Source: Ostreococcus lucimarinus (lineage: Eukaryota). Taken from it: a stretch of DNA of 64,000 nt. The notes below the pieces were generated by a model. The model searched no databases. It saw nothing but the letters and a program-made list of their open reading frames with translations, and was not told the origin of the DNA. The translations under genes and the position numbers were made by a program. Shown piece by piece: positions 38,185 to 50,500 of the stretch (the first letter of the stretch is position 1; each line of letters starts with the position of its first letter). Location of the stretch: the NCBI GenBank assembly GCA_000092065.1, contig CP000585.1. One strand, 5' to 3'.

Positions 38185-39645
38185 ATGTCGCTGCGCAAAA
38201 TCGAAGCCTCGATCCCGAACAGTCATCGGCAGCTCGTCCTCGACGCGCTGACGCACGAGGGAGGGATCGGACACGAAACGCACGTCGGGGAGTACATCGT
38301 GTGCAAAGAGTGCGAAAATTGCGTCGTCGTCATGGTGGTGTGCGTGGCGGCGCGCGCGGGCGAATTGATGAACGTGCTGACGAATTGCGGCGTCGGCGTG
38401 GTGTTCGGCACGGTGACGTCGATTCAGGTGGCGAGTCATCGACCGAATCCGGCGGCGTTGGTGCAAGAGTTTCGCGATTTGAAGACGAAGGTCGAGGCGC
38501 AGGCGGAGGGGGCGCTGGCGAAGGATCGACAGTTCGCGAGACGGTGGAAGCGGCGGCGGGACCGGTTGGAGAAACGGAAAATTGAGTACATCTCGGCGGA
38601 TACGGGGAAGAGTGTTGAGGAGCTTTTCAACGAAATCGTCGATCAATCGTGCGATGGACGAGGGTTTTATGTGTCGGTCATGTGCGCGAGCGTGATCGCG
38701 GGCGTTGGTTTGTTGACGAATTCCGCCGTCGTCGTCTTGAGCGCCATGCTCATCTCGCCGCTCATGGGGCCGATTTTGAGTTCTGCGTTTGGGCTCGCGA
38801 TCGGGGATCCGGTGCTGTTTTGGGGCTCGATTGCCGCTGAGTGTCGCGCGGCGGTCGTGACTTTCCTCATGGGCGCGGTTGTGGGCGTCGTCTACGGACC
38901 TTTCGCCGTGGCGTACGGCGAAAATCCAATCCCGACGACGGAGATGGCTGGTCGCGGACAGACGAACGGTCTCGTCGGAGGCTGCTTAATCGCTGTCGCC
39001 TCGGGCGTCGTCGTCGCGAACGCCATCTCGAGTAGTGGTGTCAACTCACTCGTCGGTGTCGCCATCAGTGCATCACTTTTGCCGCCAATCGTCAACTCTG
39101 GCGTCATGATCGTCTTCGCGTTGGGCATCGCCAAGGGATGCGACAACGCCGCCGACCTCATGTGCACCTTCTCCAAGAAAGAGTTCTTGACCAAGGCGGG
39201 AGTCTCCTTCGCACTCTACGCCATAAACGTCGCCGTCATCATCGTCGTCGCCGGTGGCATCTTTTACAACCAAAAGATTGGTAAATTCCGAGGCTTCCTC
39301 GTCGCCACCGAGACGCACGAGCTCCTCGACACCGCGAACGCCCACGTGCGCAAAAAGTTACAAGTCGCCACCGGCATCAAGGGCGCCGTCACCGACTGCA
39401 CCTTTGACAAACTCATCGACGAGGCCAGTAAAACGCAAGCCGTTCGCAAAGTCGACGTCGAGAACGCGCCCGAGGACTCGCGTCTCAAGCACATCTTGTC
39501 CGAGCACGTCCACCAGTCGCACTACAGCGTCCTCCGCCCCTTCGACGAGCCCAAGGGCGTGAAGCGCGCCGCGTTCGCGCTTCACGAGCAAAACGCCAAG
39601 ATTTTCGACTGGGTCAAGGACGTGCACGATCTCCTCAAGCGTTAG
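38185..39645 (+). CDS. DUF389-family (TIGR00341-like) integral membrane protein
   Basis: Hydrophobic core with 'SAMLISPLMGPILSSAFGLAIGD', characteristic of the DUF389 family. There is a soluble C-terminal domain. Confidence 0.5.
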   Translation: MSLRKIEASIPNSHRQLVLDALTHEGGIGHETHVGEYIVCKECENCVVVMVVCVAARAGELMNVLTNCGVGVVFGTVTSIQVASHRPNPAALVQEFRDLKTKVEAQAEGALAKDRQFARRWKRRRDRLEKRKIEYISADTGKSVEELFNEIVDQSCDGRGFYVSVMCASVIAGVGLLTNSAVVVLSAMLISPLMGPILSSAFGLAIGDPVLFWGSIAAECRAAVVTFLMGAVVGVVYGPFAVAYGENPIPTTEMAGRGQTNGLVGGCLIAVASGVVVANAISSSGVNSLVGVAISASLLPPIVNSGVMIVFALGIAKGCDNAADLMCTFSKKEFLTKAGVSFALYAINVAVIIVVAGGIFYNQKIGKFRGFLVATETHELLDTANAHVRKKLQVATGIKGAVTDCTFDKLIDEASKTQAVRKVDVENAPEDSRLKHILSEHVHQSHYSVLRPFDEPKGVKRAAFALHEQNAKIFDWVKDVHDLLKR

Positions 39646-39863
39646 TCACCGTCGGCGTCCGTCGGCGCATGTATTTAACTCCATCCAACGTCTCGTCGCG
39701 CCGCCGCCGTCGCCGCCGCCGCCGTCGGTCGACACACCCGCGTGTCGCTTCGTTTTCCAGGGGGGCCCATGCGCGGATTATCCATTCGCGATGACTCATC
39801 CGCACACGCACGCGCGACGCGCGACGCGGACCGCACTCGCGACGCTCGGCGCACCGAAGTCCG

Positions 39864-41438
39864 ATGATGACGCACGCGATGCCGACGCGCGCGGCGATGC
39901 CGACGCGCGCGGCGACGACGCGACGCGAAAGATGCGATGACGGCGTCGCGATGACGACGACGACGACGACGCGCCGACGCGCGGTGACGCGACGCGCGGC
40001 GACGCGAACGACGACGCGGACGCGAACGGTGATGCGCGCGGTGATACCGCGACCGGGCGCGAGCGTGGCGGAGGGACTGGAGATACCGTCGTACGAACAC
40101 GTGCGAGAGGCGTACGAAAAGGTGAGCGGAGGGGTGGTGCGCTCGCGGTGCACGCACTCGAAGACGCTGAGCGCGCTGACGGGGATGGAGATTTACTTGA
40201 AACACGAGTGGGAACAAGCGACGGGGTCGTTTAAGGAGCGAGGGGCGCGGAACGCGCTGATGGCGCTCGACGCGGAGCAAAGAAAGCGAGGCGTCATCGC
40301 GGCGAGCGCGGGCAACCACGCGCTGGCGCTCGCGTATCACGGAAGAGAACTCGGGATTCCGGTGACGGTGATCATGCCGTCGATCGCGCCGCTGACGAAG
40401 ATTACGAAGTGCCAAAAGTTGGACGCGCGCGTGATTTTGGAAGGGGACACGATCGCGGACGCGGCGGCGTATGCGAAAGAGAACTACGTCGTGAAGGGCG
40501 AAATGCTCAAGTACATCAACGGTTTCGACGACTTTGAAATCATCTCCGGCGCCGGTTCGGTCGGTATCGAGATGCTCGAAGACGTTCGCGACGCGGACGC
40601 CGTGGTGATTCCCGTCGGCGGTGGTGGCTTGATTGCCGGTATCGCGCTCGCCGTGAAGCACCTCAAGCCGGGGTGCCAAGTCATCGGCGTCGAGCCCGAG
40701 CGCTGCGCCTCCATGACGCTCGCGCTCGAAGCGGGTGAACCCGTCAAGGCGCCGACGACGGCGACGCTCGCTGATGGTCTCGCCGTTCCTACCGTGGGTC
40801 CGCGCTCGTTCCAAACCGTTAAAAACTTGATTGACGATATCGTACTCGTCAGCGAGTCAGACATCGCCGTCGCCATGTTGAGACTTCTCGAAAACGAAAA
40901 GCTCGTGCAAGAGGGCGCTGGGATTTCCGGTTTGGCCGCACTCTTGACCGATAAGCTCCCCGGTCTCAAGGGCAAGAAAGTAGTGGTCGCCATGTGCGGT
41001 GGTAACATCGATACGAGCACGCTCGGTAAAGTGCTCGAGCGCGGCTTGGTCTCGGACGGGCGACTCGTGCGCTTCGCGTGCGTCGTTCCCGACAGACCGG
41101 GTGGTATCGCTGGCGTGTGCAACAAGATAGCCGACGTGGGTGCTTCGATCAAGCACATCGTTCACGAGCGCGCTTGGTTAGACCAAGACTCTCACTGCGT
41201 CCTCGTCGATGTCGAATGCGAAGTGACCGACAGTAGCATGGGCGAGGAGCTCTACGACGCCATCAGCTCGGCGTACGTCCTGCGTACCGCTAACTTTGGA
41301 CCGGCGAACCGCCCGAAGGTCCCCGCGCGAACGCCCGCACGTCGAGACGACGTCGACGCAAATGATCTGAAGAATCCTGTGACGTCGTGCGATTTGTTCG
41401 ACGAAGACTGCACGTCCATTTACCCCGAAGACGAGTAA
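39864..41438 (+). CDS. threonine dehydratase (PLP fold-type II, C-terminal ACT-like regulatory domain) with transit-peptide-like N-terminus
   Basis: PLP-lysine motif 'TGSFKERGARNA', glycine loop 'VIPVGGGGLIAGIA', and an IlvA-type C-terminal regulatory domain. The N-terminus is Thr/Arg-rich and includes an 18-bp x2 duplication encoding AMPTRA x2. Confidence 0.75.
   Translation: MMTHAMPTRAAMPTRAATTRRERCDDGVAMTTTTTTRRRAVTRRAATRTTTRTRTVMRAVIPRPGASVAEGLEIPSYEHVREAYEKVSGGVVRSRCTHSKTLSALTGMEIYLKHEWEQATGSFKERGARNALMALDAEQRKRGVIAASAGNHALALAYHGRELGIPVTVIMPSIAPLTKITKCQKLDARVILEGDTIADAAAYAKENYVVKGEMLKYINGFDDFEIISGAGSVGIEMLEDVRDADAVVIPVGGGGLIAGIALAVKHLKPGCQVIGVEPERCASMTLALEAGEPVKAPTTATLADGLAVPTVGPRSFQTVKNLIDDIVLVSESDIAVAMLRLLENEKLVQEGAGISGLAALLTDKLPGLKGKKVVVAMCGGNIDTSTLGKVLERGLVSDGRLVRFACVVPDRPGGIAGVCNKIADVGASIKHIVHERAWLDQDSHCVLVDVECEVTDSSMGEELYDAISSAYVLRTANFGPANRPKVPARTPARRDDVDANDLKNPVTSCDLFDEDCTSIYPEDE
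39878..39913 (+). repeat. 18-bp x2 tandem duplication (gatgccgacgcgcgcggc) in the threonine dehydratase presequence
   Basis: Direct read; it encodes AMPTRA AMPTRA. Confidence 0.85.
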
Positions 41439-41535
41439 CTCCGGTTACGCCGTCGCAGCATCGCATGCATCGCGCTGTATCTGTACATAATGCAATATCA
41501 TGACAACCTCTAATGAATCACTATTCCCTAATCCG

Positions 41536-42348
41536 CTATAGCTTAACTACGTATACATCTTTTGTGTGCGCTCCGATCAATTCCGCAACCGTTTCGCGCG
41601 CTTCAGCGGTGAGAGCGCTACTCAGCGCTGCTTTTTTGCCGCCGGGGAGGATGTACTCGATGAAGACGCTGATGAACGTTTTTGCCCCCTCTAGCAACTC
41701 ACTCGAGCTCGCGTCGGACGTGTACATCGCGCATACCGTCGACACGCCGTTACGTCTCATGAAGTCGCGCTGAGAATTCTGATCATCAGCGACGACGACG
41801 AGCAATAACTCGAGAATTTCCACTTTGTTCTTCTGATCCTCTGTCTCGTCGAGTAAACGCGCCAACAGCGATTCCATTTTCTCCCCGACAAACTTCTCGC
41901 GCATCTTCGAGATGAATAGACAAAGCCCTCGCAAAACGCGTAAGCATAAACACGACTCGCCCGCGTCACGTTGGGTCGTCGCGTTCACGAATAACGCGTC
42001 CATAACGTCCCATTTGCCATGTTCGAGGAGCTCTTGGAGAACGTCACGCAGCTGTTCGCTTCTTTCGTGATGAAGCATATCCTCCAAGTGACCCAGCCAA
42101 TCTTTGTAAGCACTCAACCTCAAGTTCGCGGATTTTTCGTGCAAGTCGTGCCGCAAACGTTCGATCGCAAGCCGCCAATCTACGGACACATGCTCGTGCT
42201 CCAACACGCCCACGAGCGCTCGCCATTCTGGCTCCCATTCGGCAGTGTTGAAATGTCGCCAAAACGGCTCGCATTGACCGCCGATACGAACCTTCGAGCG
42301 TCCTGATGTTGATTCAGTGACCATGCTGCGATCACGCGAGTTATGCAT
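41536..42348 (-). CDS. hypothetical alpha-helical protein
   Basis: 270-aa ORF with coding-like composition and TGTAA-poor flanks. No recognisable family. Confidence 0.3.
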   Translation of the reverse strand: MHNSRDRSMVTESTSGRSKVRIGGQCEPFWRHFNTAEWEPEWRALVGVLEHEHVSVDWRLAIERLRHDLHEKSANLRLSAYKDWLGHLEDMLHHERSEQLRDVLQELLEHGKWDVMDALFVNATTQRDAGESCLCLRVLRGLCLFISKMREKFVGEKMESLLARLLDETEDQKNKVEILELLLVVVADDQNSQRDFMRRNGVSTVCAMYTSDASSSELLEGAKTFISVFIEYILPGGKKAALSSALTAEARETVAELIGAHTKDVYVVKL

Positions 42349-43002
42349 CGGTCAGTCGACCCTCGAGGAGCGCTTCGCTTCGCTTTCCATCGTTAGCTTC
42401 GTTCCGTCGTCGGTTCAGCTGCACTTGCTTTGATCATTCACTTATCCAACGCATCCACCTCTTGCACGCGCGCACACGCCACCGATTATTTGCGCGCGTT
42501 TGACATCACTATGAGCGTCACAAGGGACACCGACGGATTTCTACACCGTCGACGCGTATCTGACGGACGCTCGAGTCGGTTGTTCGCGAGCGCGTTGTCG
42601 CGCGGCGCCTTTGCCCATCCCAGGGTCGCTTTCTTGGGATGGGTCTCACATGCCGCGCGCGTCAAACGCGCATCGTGAGGCGTGTGCGCGCTCGATATCG
42701 CGCGCGGTGGTCGACACGCCGCGAGGGCGGTGGATTCAGACCTTTTACCAACAATTGCTCATCACGACCGAGACGGACGATTGACGCGACGATCGACGCG
42801 ATCGCGGCGACGCGTCGCACGGACCTGCGAGAGTTCACGCGCACGTCGGCGGTGACGCGCGAGAGGCGTTCGTCGGACGTCTCGCGGTGATGCTGAGCGG
42901 CGAGTCGACGACTGGTGTTCGACGGGCCAAACGAAGATTGGGTAAACTAAATCGTCTAAATGTTGTTATTACGGTGCTTACGGCGCGCGACGCATCGGTG
43001 CG

Positions 43003-44109
43003 CTAACGGTAGTCTCTGCGATCGCGCTTGTCCCTGCGATCGCGCGGGGACGGCGAGCGCGAGTCGCGGCCGCGTTTGCGTTCTCGCGAGCCGTCGCGGT
43101 CGCGGTATCTGTCGCGATCGTATCTATCGTCGCCGAAACGACCACGACTTCGGCCGTCGTATCTGTCGTCGTGTCTGTCGCGACTGGGCGAACGATCGCG
43201 TCTTCTATCCTCGGGCGGCGGTGGAGGCGCCGGCGCGCGCTCGCCGAGTTCGCCCTCTTCCTCAGAGGAGGGCGAGCGCGGCGGCGGCGGCGCGGCGCGA
43301 CCGCCGCGCGGCGGCGAGCGCGGCGGCGAGCGCGGCATCTCTCTACGCTCGCGTTCGCGACGATCATCATACGTTCGATCGCGACCGCGCGCCTCGACGT
43401 TTTCACGTTTTGACCCCGCACGCGTGCGACCGACGCCGCCGCCGAGACGGCGAGGTAACCACCCTTTATTTGTGCGCCCACGCTCGACGTCCGCGATCAC
43501 CCTTCGATCTTCGATGCGACGATCATCCATGCCCCTGTACGCCGCGCGCATGTCGCCCTCGCGCTCGAACTCGATGAAGGCGTAGCCGCGAGATTTCCCC
43601 TTCTCGTCGCGAACCAACTTGACGTCGGACACGGCGCCGTAGTACTCCGCCTCGCGCCTGAGCTTGTCTTCATCTACGTCGTACGCCAACCGTGCGATAA
43701 ACAGCGTGCGATACGGATCGCTCGTCGCGTTCGGGTTTTCGTTCGGACGATATCCGTCCAAACCCGCCTCGATCAACTCGCGAGATTTCCGTTCGGCGGC
43801 GGCGCGCTTGCGCGCCGCGCGTTCCTCCTTGGTCACCACGACGTACACCCCGCTCGGTTTTCGCCCATCATCGTCCTCGTCCACCTCAATCTCGCCCTCG
43901 TCCGCGTCCTCATTCCTCTTCTTCGACGCCTTCCGCTTCTGCGTCGCCGTCTTCGACGCCGTTTCAAACTCCTTCACGCACGCCGCCACCCCCTGCATCC
44001 GCTGCGTCTTTTTCGGTTTCGCCGGCGGCGCGCACCACTTCAGCGGCGCCCTCGGCGCGAACATCCGCAACAAATCCGGCGACAGTCCGCTCGGGTGCGT
44101 GATCGCCAT
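43003..44109 (-). CDS. SNRNP70: U1 small nuclear ribonucleoprotein 70 kDa
   Basis: '[16 protein letters not shown]', RRM '[58 protein letters not shown]', '[18 protein letters not shown]', and an RD/RS/RE-rich tail. The annotated ATG at 44109 corresponds to the conserved start; the ORF also stays open in-frame upstream to 44505. Confidence 0.85.
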   Translation of the reverse strand: MAITHPSGLSPDLLRMFAPRAPLKWCAPPAKPKKTQRMQGVAACVKEFETASKTATQKRKASKKRNEDADEGEIEVDEDDDGRKPSGVYVVVTKEERAARKRAAAERKSRELIEAGLDGYRPNENPNATSDPYRTLFIARLAYDVDEDKLRREAEYYGAVSDVKLVRDEKGKSRGYAFIEFEREGDMRAAYRGMDDRRIEDRRVIADVERGRTNKGWLPRRLGGGVGRTRAGSKRENVEARGRDRTYDDRRERERREMPRSPPRSPPRGGRAAPPPPRSPSSEEEGELGERAPAPPPPPEDRRRDRSPSRDRHDDRYDGRSRGRFGDDRYDRDRYRDRDGSRERKRGRDSRSPSPRDRRDKRDRRDYR

Positions 44110-44864
44110 CCCTCGAAACTGTCCCGGCGTCGGTCGTCCGCCCATCGGCGGCGGTCCCGTCCCCATCCCCGTCGCCGCGCCCATCCCGAACGGCGGTCCC
44201 ATCCCGAACGGCGCGCCGCCGCCCATCGGCGGCGCGCCGAACGGCGCGCCGCCCGCGATCGGCGGTCCCATCCCGATCGCGCCCGGCCCGCCGCGCGGCG
44301 GCGCCCCTCCGCCGAACCGCGGCGGTGCGCCCATCGTCGTCCCGCCCGCGCCGATCGGCGCGTGCGTCACCGCGGCGCGCGCGAGCGGAACATTCGGCGT
44401 CACCACCGCGCGTCGCGCGTCGTCCGGCGGCGGCGGCGCGCGCCGCATCGCGCGCGCGCGTGTGCGGCGCCGACGCCGCGCGGAATCGTCGCGCGCGAGA
44501 CGCAACCCTAAACCCTAAACCGCGCGATGCTCCGTGTTGTACCCAAGTCTTGTTTCTGCGACGCGTGTGCGCAAACAGTCAGCGGCGTCTTTCCGTCGCG
44601 CGTTTGAAAATTCGAACGCGCGCGTCGGACCGCGACGACGACGGACGACGACGCGCGCGAACGACGACGCGCGCGACGCGACGCGCGGAGGTGCGCGCCA
44701 TTCACGCGCTCGCGAGACGGGCGCTCGGTCGACGGGCGATCGAAAGTCTCGCGCGCGCGACGACGACGCGCGCGAACGCGACTTTGAATTCGAACGCGAC
44801 GCGACGCGGGACGACGACGACGGCGACGGCGGCGCGAGGAATGAAACGAGACCGCGCGAGCGCG

Positions 44865-46364
44865 ATGAACGATGGAAAGTTTCAAGTCGTCGTCGCGGCG
44901 ACGCGCGAGGGAGGGATCGGGAGGGAGAACGCGCTGCCGTGGCGACTCGCCGGGGACATGGGATACTTTAAAAAGATTACGAGCGAGACGCGGGACGGGG
45001 ACGCGATGAACGCGGTGGTGATGGGGAGAAAGACGTGGGAATCGATTCCGGGGAAATTCAGACCGCTGCCGGGAAGGTTGAACATCGTGCTGAGTCGAAG
45101 CGGGGGATTGGCGGAGGCGAACGACGAGAATAATAACGGCGCGGAGACGCTGCCGGAGGGGGTGCTGGTGCGTAAGTCCATCGATGACGCGCTGAGCGCG
45201 ATTTCGTCGAGCGAAAAGAGGATTGAGAAGACGTTTGTGATCGGTGGGGCGCAAATTTACGAAGAGGCGCTTCAAAGCGAAAAGTGCGAAGCCGTGCACC
45301 TCACCGAGGTGGAGGGCGAATTCGAATGCGACGCCTTCATCCCGAAGATCGACGCCACCAAGTTCAAGCTCTATGGACAGTCCAAGCCCATGATTGAGAA
45401 AGGCACGAGGTTTCAATTTTTGACGTACGTCACTGCCGACGCCGAGAGCGGAAAGTTCCGCCCGAAGGCCGACGAGGTTCTGCCCGCGGGTTGCTCGATC
45501 AAGCACGAAGAATACCAGTACTTGGAAATGATTCGCGAAATCATCGATCAAGGCGCGGTGAAGGGCGATCGCACCGGCACTGGGACGATTTCTACGTTTG
45601 GCAATCAAATGCGTTTCGATCTTCGCCGATCGTTTCCACTTCTCACGACCAAGCGCGTCTTCTGGCGCGGCGTCGCGGAAGAGTTGCTGTGGTTCGTCGC
45701 CGGCGAGACGAACGCGAACAAGTTGGCCGAGAAAAAGATCAACATCTGGGATGGTAACGGAAGTCGCGAGTACTTGGATTCTATTGGTTTGACTGAACGC
45801 GAAGTCGGTGATCTCGGTCCGGTGTACGGATTCCAGTGGAGACACTTCGGCGCCGAGTACACGAACATGCACGCCGACTACACTGGCAAGGGCGTGGACC
45901 AACTCGCTGAGGTCATTCACAAGATCAAGAACAACCCGAACGATCGTCGCATTTTACTCACGGCGTGGAATCCGGCGGCGTTGAAGGAGATGGCGTTGCC
46001 ACCGTGCCACATGTTCTGCCAGTTTTACGTTGCCAACGGCGAGTTGAGCTGCCAAATGTACCAACGCTCGTGCGACATGGGTCTGGGCGTTCCTTTCAAT
46101 ATCGCTTCGTATTCCTTGCTCACGTGCATGATTGCGCAAGTTTGCGGTTTGAAACCTGGTGATTTTGTGCACTGCTGCGGAGACACGCACGTATACTCGA
46201 ACCACGTGGAGCCGCTCGAAAAGCAGCTCGCGTGCGAGCCGCGACCGTTTCCGATTTTGAAAATCAACCCGGAAAAGAAGGATATCGACTCCTTCACCTT
46301 TGACGACTTCGAGATCGTCGGTTACGATCCCCACCCTAAAATTGAGATGAAAATGGCCGTCTAA
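44865..46364 (+). CDS. DHFR-TS: bifunctional dihydrofolate reductase-thymidylate synthase
   Basis: DHFR '[35 protein letters not shown]' is joined to a TS domain with '[26 protein letters not shown]' and '[15 protein letters not shown]'. An alternative ATG lies at 44841. The 180 codons upstream in the same ORF are Arg-rich GC-rich read-through. Confidence 0.9.
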   Translation: MNDGKFQVVVAATREGGIGRENALPWRLAGDMGYFKKITSETRDGDAMNAVVMGRKTWESIPGKFRPLPGRLNIVLSRSGGLAEANDENNNGAETLPEGVLVRKSIDDALSAISSSEKRIEKTFVIGGAQIYEEALQSEKCEAVHLTEVEGEFECDAFIPKIDATKFKLYGQSKPMIEKGTRFQFLTYVTADAESGKFRPKADEVLPAGCSIKHEEYQYLEMIREIIDQGAVKGDRTGTGTISTFGNQMRFDLRRSFPLLTTKRVFWRGVAEELLWFVAGETNANKLAEKKINIWDGNGSREYLDSIGLTEREVGDLGPVYGFQWRHFGAEYTNMHADYTGKGVDQLAEVIHKIKNNPNDRRILLTAWNPAALKEMALPPCHMFCQFYVANGELSCQMYQRSCDMGLGVPFNIASYSLLTCMIAQVCGLKPGDFVHCCGDTHVYSNHVEPLEKQLACEPRPFPILKINPEKKDIDSFTFDDFEIVGYDPHPKIEMKMAV

Positions 46365-46464
46365 CGGCGCCCCGCGTACGTTGTGTCAGTATCAATATCC
46401 ATTTACGTAACGACGCTTCGCCGCGCCTCGCTTCACTTCGCGCCCACACGCGCGCTCGCGCACC

Positions 46465-47493
46465 ATGCTCTTCGACGTTTTCGCGCGCGTCCGATGCCGT
46501 CTGGACATTCTGAACGACATCCTCCTGCAGCGTTATCACTGCAAGCACCTCCCGAGCCGCGCCGAGGACGTCATCGTCGACGACCTGCGCGGCAAGACGT
46601 GCGTTGTGACCGGACCGACGAGCGGAATCGGCGTCACCACCGCGCGTGCGCTCGTCAAACGCGGCGCGCGCGTCGTTTTGGCGTGTCGCACTCCCTCAAA
46701 GGCCGAGGCATTGGTCGAGCGTTGGACGAAGGAGGCGGCGGCGGTCGGGACGGCGCCGCCGGACTGCGCGGTGATGGCGTTGGATTTGGACTCGCTCGCG
46801 AGCGTCGAAGCGTTCGCGAAGGCGTTTCAACAACGTGAGAAACGGTTGGACGTGTTGATCAATAATGCCGGGATTTTCGATATGTCTGGAGCGTACGTCA
46901 GGACGAGCGATGGGCGGGAGCAGCATTTACAGGCGAATTTCCTGGCACCGGCGTTGCTGACGATGACGCTGTTGAACGCTCTGCGAAAGACTGGGGCGGA
47001 GACTGGGGATGCGAGGGTGGTTTTCGTGAGTAGTAAGCTGCACGAATTGTGCACGGGGTTAAATTTGAGTGATATGGACTTTAAACGCTCGTCGTACAGC
47101 TCGCAAGCGGCGTATGCGTCCAGCAAGCTCGCGGAGGTGCTATTCGTAAAGGCGCTCGACGCGCGTCTGCGCGCAAAGGCGCCGGGCACGCGCGCGCTGG
47201 TGTTGCACCCTGGAAACATCGTCACTGGCGTCGTTCGCACGCTTCCGATGTGGTTACAGTCTTTGTATAAGATATTATTCGAGCGAATTTTGCTCACTGC
47301 TGACCAAGGCGCGCGATGTTCGCTGTACTGTGCGACAAGAACCGAGGCGGTGGCGAGCGCCACCATCGGGCCGTATTTTACATCCGAGTGCGAGGAGCGT
47401 ACGCCGAGCAAGTATGCGCTCGTCGAAGGCGAGGCAGAGAAGCTGTGGCGATACACACTGAAGGAATTAGGCTTAGAAGATGATATCATCTAG
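46465..47493 (+). CDS. short-chain dehydrogenase/reductase (retinol-dehydrogenase/WWOX-like classical SDR)
   Basis: 'KTCVVTGPTSGIGVTTARAL' (TGxxxGIG), 'LINNAGIF' (NNAG) and 'YASSKLAEVLF' (YxxxK). Confidence 0.75.
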   Translation: MLFDVFARVRCRLDILNDILLQRYHCKHLPSRAEDVIVDDLRGKTCVVTGPTSGIGVTTARALVKRGARVVLACRTPSKAEALVERWTKEAAAVGTAPPDCAVMALDLDSLASVEAFAKAFQQREKRLDVLINNAGIFDMSGAYVRTSDGREQHLQANFLAPALLTMTLLNALRKTGAETGDARVVFVSSKLHELCTGLNLSDMDFKRSSYSSQAAYASSKLAEVLFVKALDARLRAKAPGTRALVLHPGNIVTGVVRTLPMWLQSLYKILFERILLTADQGARCSLYCATRTEAVASATIGPYFTSECEERTPSKYALVEGEAEKLWRYTLKELGLEDDII

Positions 47494-47515
47494 ACTTAGA
47501 CTATTATAAGCGATA

Positions 47516-50500
47516 CTATGAGTGCGAAAAGCTGTCGTCGCGCGAACGACTTTTGCTTTTCTCATCGCGATCCTCTCGCTCCTCCCACTGGGACAACATG
47601 CTTTGCCATCCGCTCCTCGTCGAGCTTTGCGGCGAAAATGGTTCGGAGTCGCGAAGTGACGTGCTTGCTCGCACGCCGTCTCCATCGCTCGGGAAGCTGA
47701 AGAGATTACTAGAATGTAGACCTGTAGTCGATCGAGCGTCACCGCTCCACATGTCGCCGTTTCCGCGGCTGGATGCGGGTGCTGCCCACATGTCGTAATT
47801 GCGAACGCTGCTCGGTCGCGAATGCGGAGGCGTCGTATATTCGCGCACAGATCCAGGTGGCGTGCCTTGCTCTGATCTACGTGCGTACGAATCGTCACCG
47901 ATCGCTTCTGAAAACATCGTGTTGTACATATCAAAGTGCGCCTGAGGCGAACCCCTTTCGCCGGCGTGCGATGTCGCCTTGTCCGACGAAGCGACTGATA
48001 GTGTTTTTTTACGAAAAACAGAGCGTGGTGCTAACCGAACGGGGCCAAGCGGCTTGGTCACAACGTTCTGCGTCTTTTCAGCTTCGACTCTTTGCTGCGA
48101 TTTTTTATCACGGGCTCGTCTCTGCTTTTGATCGGTCTCAGAGCGGGACCCCTTCGCCTTGTCTCTGCCTGTCTCTGCCTTCTCTTTCTTGCGAGGCGTC
48201 GTTTCATTCTCCTTCTTTCCTTTACGTCGGTTTGGCTCTTGCACTAGTATGCGATCGACCGGCGGTTTGTGCTTCTCAACTGCCGTCAATTCGTGGTTGA
48301 TCAAGGCAGAATCATCACTTTGCTGCGTCGCAGCGACAGACACGGGCTCTTCGAGCTCAGGTTCATCGACGATTTGTTCCCGCTCTGCTTCTGAACTTGA
48401 ACTTTCTCCATGAATCATCTCACCAATTCGATCCACGGTTGCTTTCTCCGCATCTTCATCATCCACGGAGCACGGCTCTTGCGCGGATCGTCGGAACATT
48501 TCATCTTGGACAGCGTCGCGCGGTGAGCCCGCGGGCGAATCAATTTCTCGTCGCGACGCTGTCCCATAGACCACCACGATGCACGCTAACGCCAACACAA
48601 CACGAACATAAATCGATGTACTCATCGGAGTCTCCGTCTCAACTACTGATGTACCAGAGTACCCGATGAGCTCGATACATTCCAGGAGCGTGTCGTCATT
48701 TTTTATGCACACGGCCGCCTTGTACGTCGTTTGACGCGAACGAGGATCGAACACGGTGGACAGCACGTCTATCTGTTGCTCAGGTCTCAAGCATACGCCA
48801 CCGCGATCGATCTTGTAGTTTGGAACAAAACCTGGATCGACCGATGTTTGTCGGAGCCCATTTTCATAAACGCTCGCGTACGCTCGCGCGGCTCTGATAT
48901 TTGTTTGGAAAAGCGATTGCTCGAGCGTCTGCGTCTGCCGACCATTCCATCGGCGAGATGGAGCCGAGTTCGTGAGGATTGGGAGAACACGCAAGCACAA
49001 TACGCGCGTGGTCGACGGATTTTTCACGCTGATTACTGTCGGCACGTCCTTTGTCGCGATAACGACGTGCTCCGACGTACCCAAAACGTTGACGTCTTCG
49101 GACGTGACGTCTAAAAATCTGGGAAACGTGATTTTCGCACGCACTTCAACCGTATGATGGCCATTCTGTGCTTCCGAAGAAAATATCACTCGACCGGACG
49201 CAGTCAATGCTCCATCTTCTTCGAGTCGCTTCATGGAACGGTGAAGCTTTTCTAACCGACGCACGTCTACTTTCGATATTGATTCCTCGAGATAGTCTTC
49301 TTCGATGGCTCCCTTGTATTTCTTGAAGCGATTGGACCACGATTTCAGCCGCGCAGTTTCTGCGAAATGCGACAACTCGTTCCTTTGACGCGTAGTGTCG
49401 AACGTTATCACACCAATCGAACTCGATTCGCCAGCGTGCACTGTGGAGTCCACAATACTTTCAAACTCTAAAAAGTCTGACTCCGTCTCGAGGTTTCCAG
49501 AAACGGCAACCGGAATGCCGTGCGTGCTATGCACCATGACCTCACGCCTGATCGGTATGAGATCCTTTTGAATAAGTTCAGTGACTGGAACTGTAACTTC
49601 TATTTCGCCGTCCTCACTAAAGACTTTACCATCCGTCGACACTAGACGTAATCGCGTCGCCGTTTTAACACCAAGGCTCGTGGTGAGCGCCAGCTCGGCA
49701 CCTTCTTTCTCCAATTTTTCCAATTCCGTCGGCGCCGCGGTTAACTGTAAATCTAAAGTCGCTCCCGGCTCAAGCTTACCCTGAACTACTTGAGTACACG
49801 TCGATCCAGAACGTTCGATGCAATCATCGATTGCGAATACTTCGTCAACGTCAACGTCAACGTCGCGATAGCTTGCGTCGGCGTTCAATGAAAACATCGA
49901 TCCGGTAACGCTGCGCGTCCCTTTGATGATCATCGTGTTCACTTCGACCACCACTGGGTTGTGGTTGGTAAATTTGACGCGCATTTTGCGTTTGAGGCCT
50001 ACACCAACCACGCCAAAATCAACTGTGCTCGACACCGTGAGCTCACCGCTATAAACAATCACTGGAATCTTCGTCCCCGTTGACGTGTTGTTGTGCAACA
50101 GACTCAACGTCGTCGCCATTGCCGTCAGGAAGCTCTTCGGGCGATATTCTATTTCGACGGTGAATGACTGTCCTGCGCTAACGACTTCTTCGTTGATGTG
50201 TGTCAGTGGAACGATCTGTGCGCCAGTGCTGATGATATCCTCCACTGGAAGTTTCCATGAGCGTAACTTCACCGCTTGAGTAAAGGTGTTTTTTATTTGT
50301 ATCTTGCGCTTGACGATGTGCGAGTCAGTCGGAACTGCATCGCCGAAAGGTCCGACAGGGGCTTGAAATATCAACTGGTCGGCATCATACGTCAGTGATC
50401 CGTGCACGACTTGGGCCGAATAAGGCACGCGTAATAGCGCGGACGAGATGTTCGTGTGCACGCGAATGACGCCGTGAAAGTTGCCCTCGACGCTTCCTGT

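Noticed and set aside
42612-42645. 9-bp perfect inverted repeat (cccatccca ... tgggatggg) forming a hairpin in the spacer between the U1-70K 3' end and the next gene's promoter.
   Set aside because: It is short, isolated, and has no recognisable ncRNA context (no tRNA or snRNA boxes). It is most likely an incidental GC-rich palindrome.
44325-44864. A 180-codon Arg/Ala/Thr-rich N-terminal extension of DHFR-TS in the ORF track. Similar Arg-rich leaders sit upstream of PEX5 exon 2, the SANT-UBA gene, the DUF445 gene and the coiled-coil gene.
   Set aside because: These are translations of GC-rich (CGCGAC-type) UTR/intergenic DNA that happen to lack stops. The conserved protein starts align to internal ATGs. 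Some shorter Arg/Ala-rich leaders (IMPase, helicase, DprA-like, threonine dehydratase) may be genuine transit peptides and are kept in the gene models.
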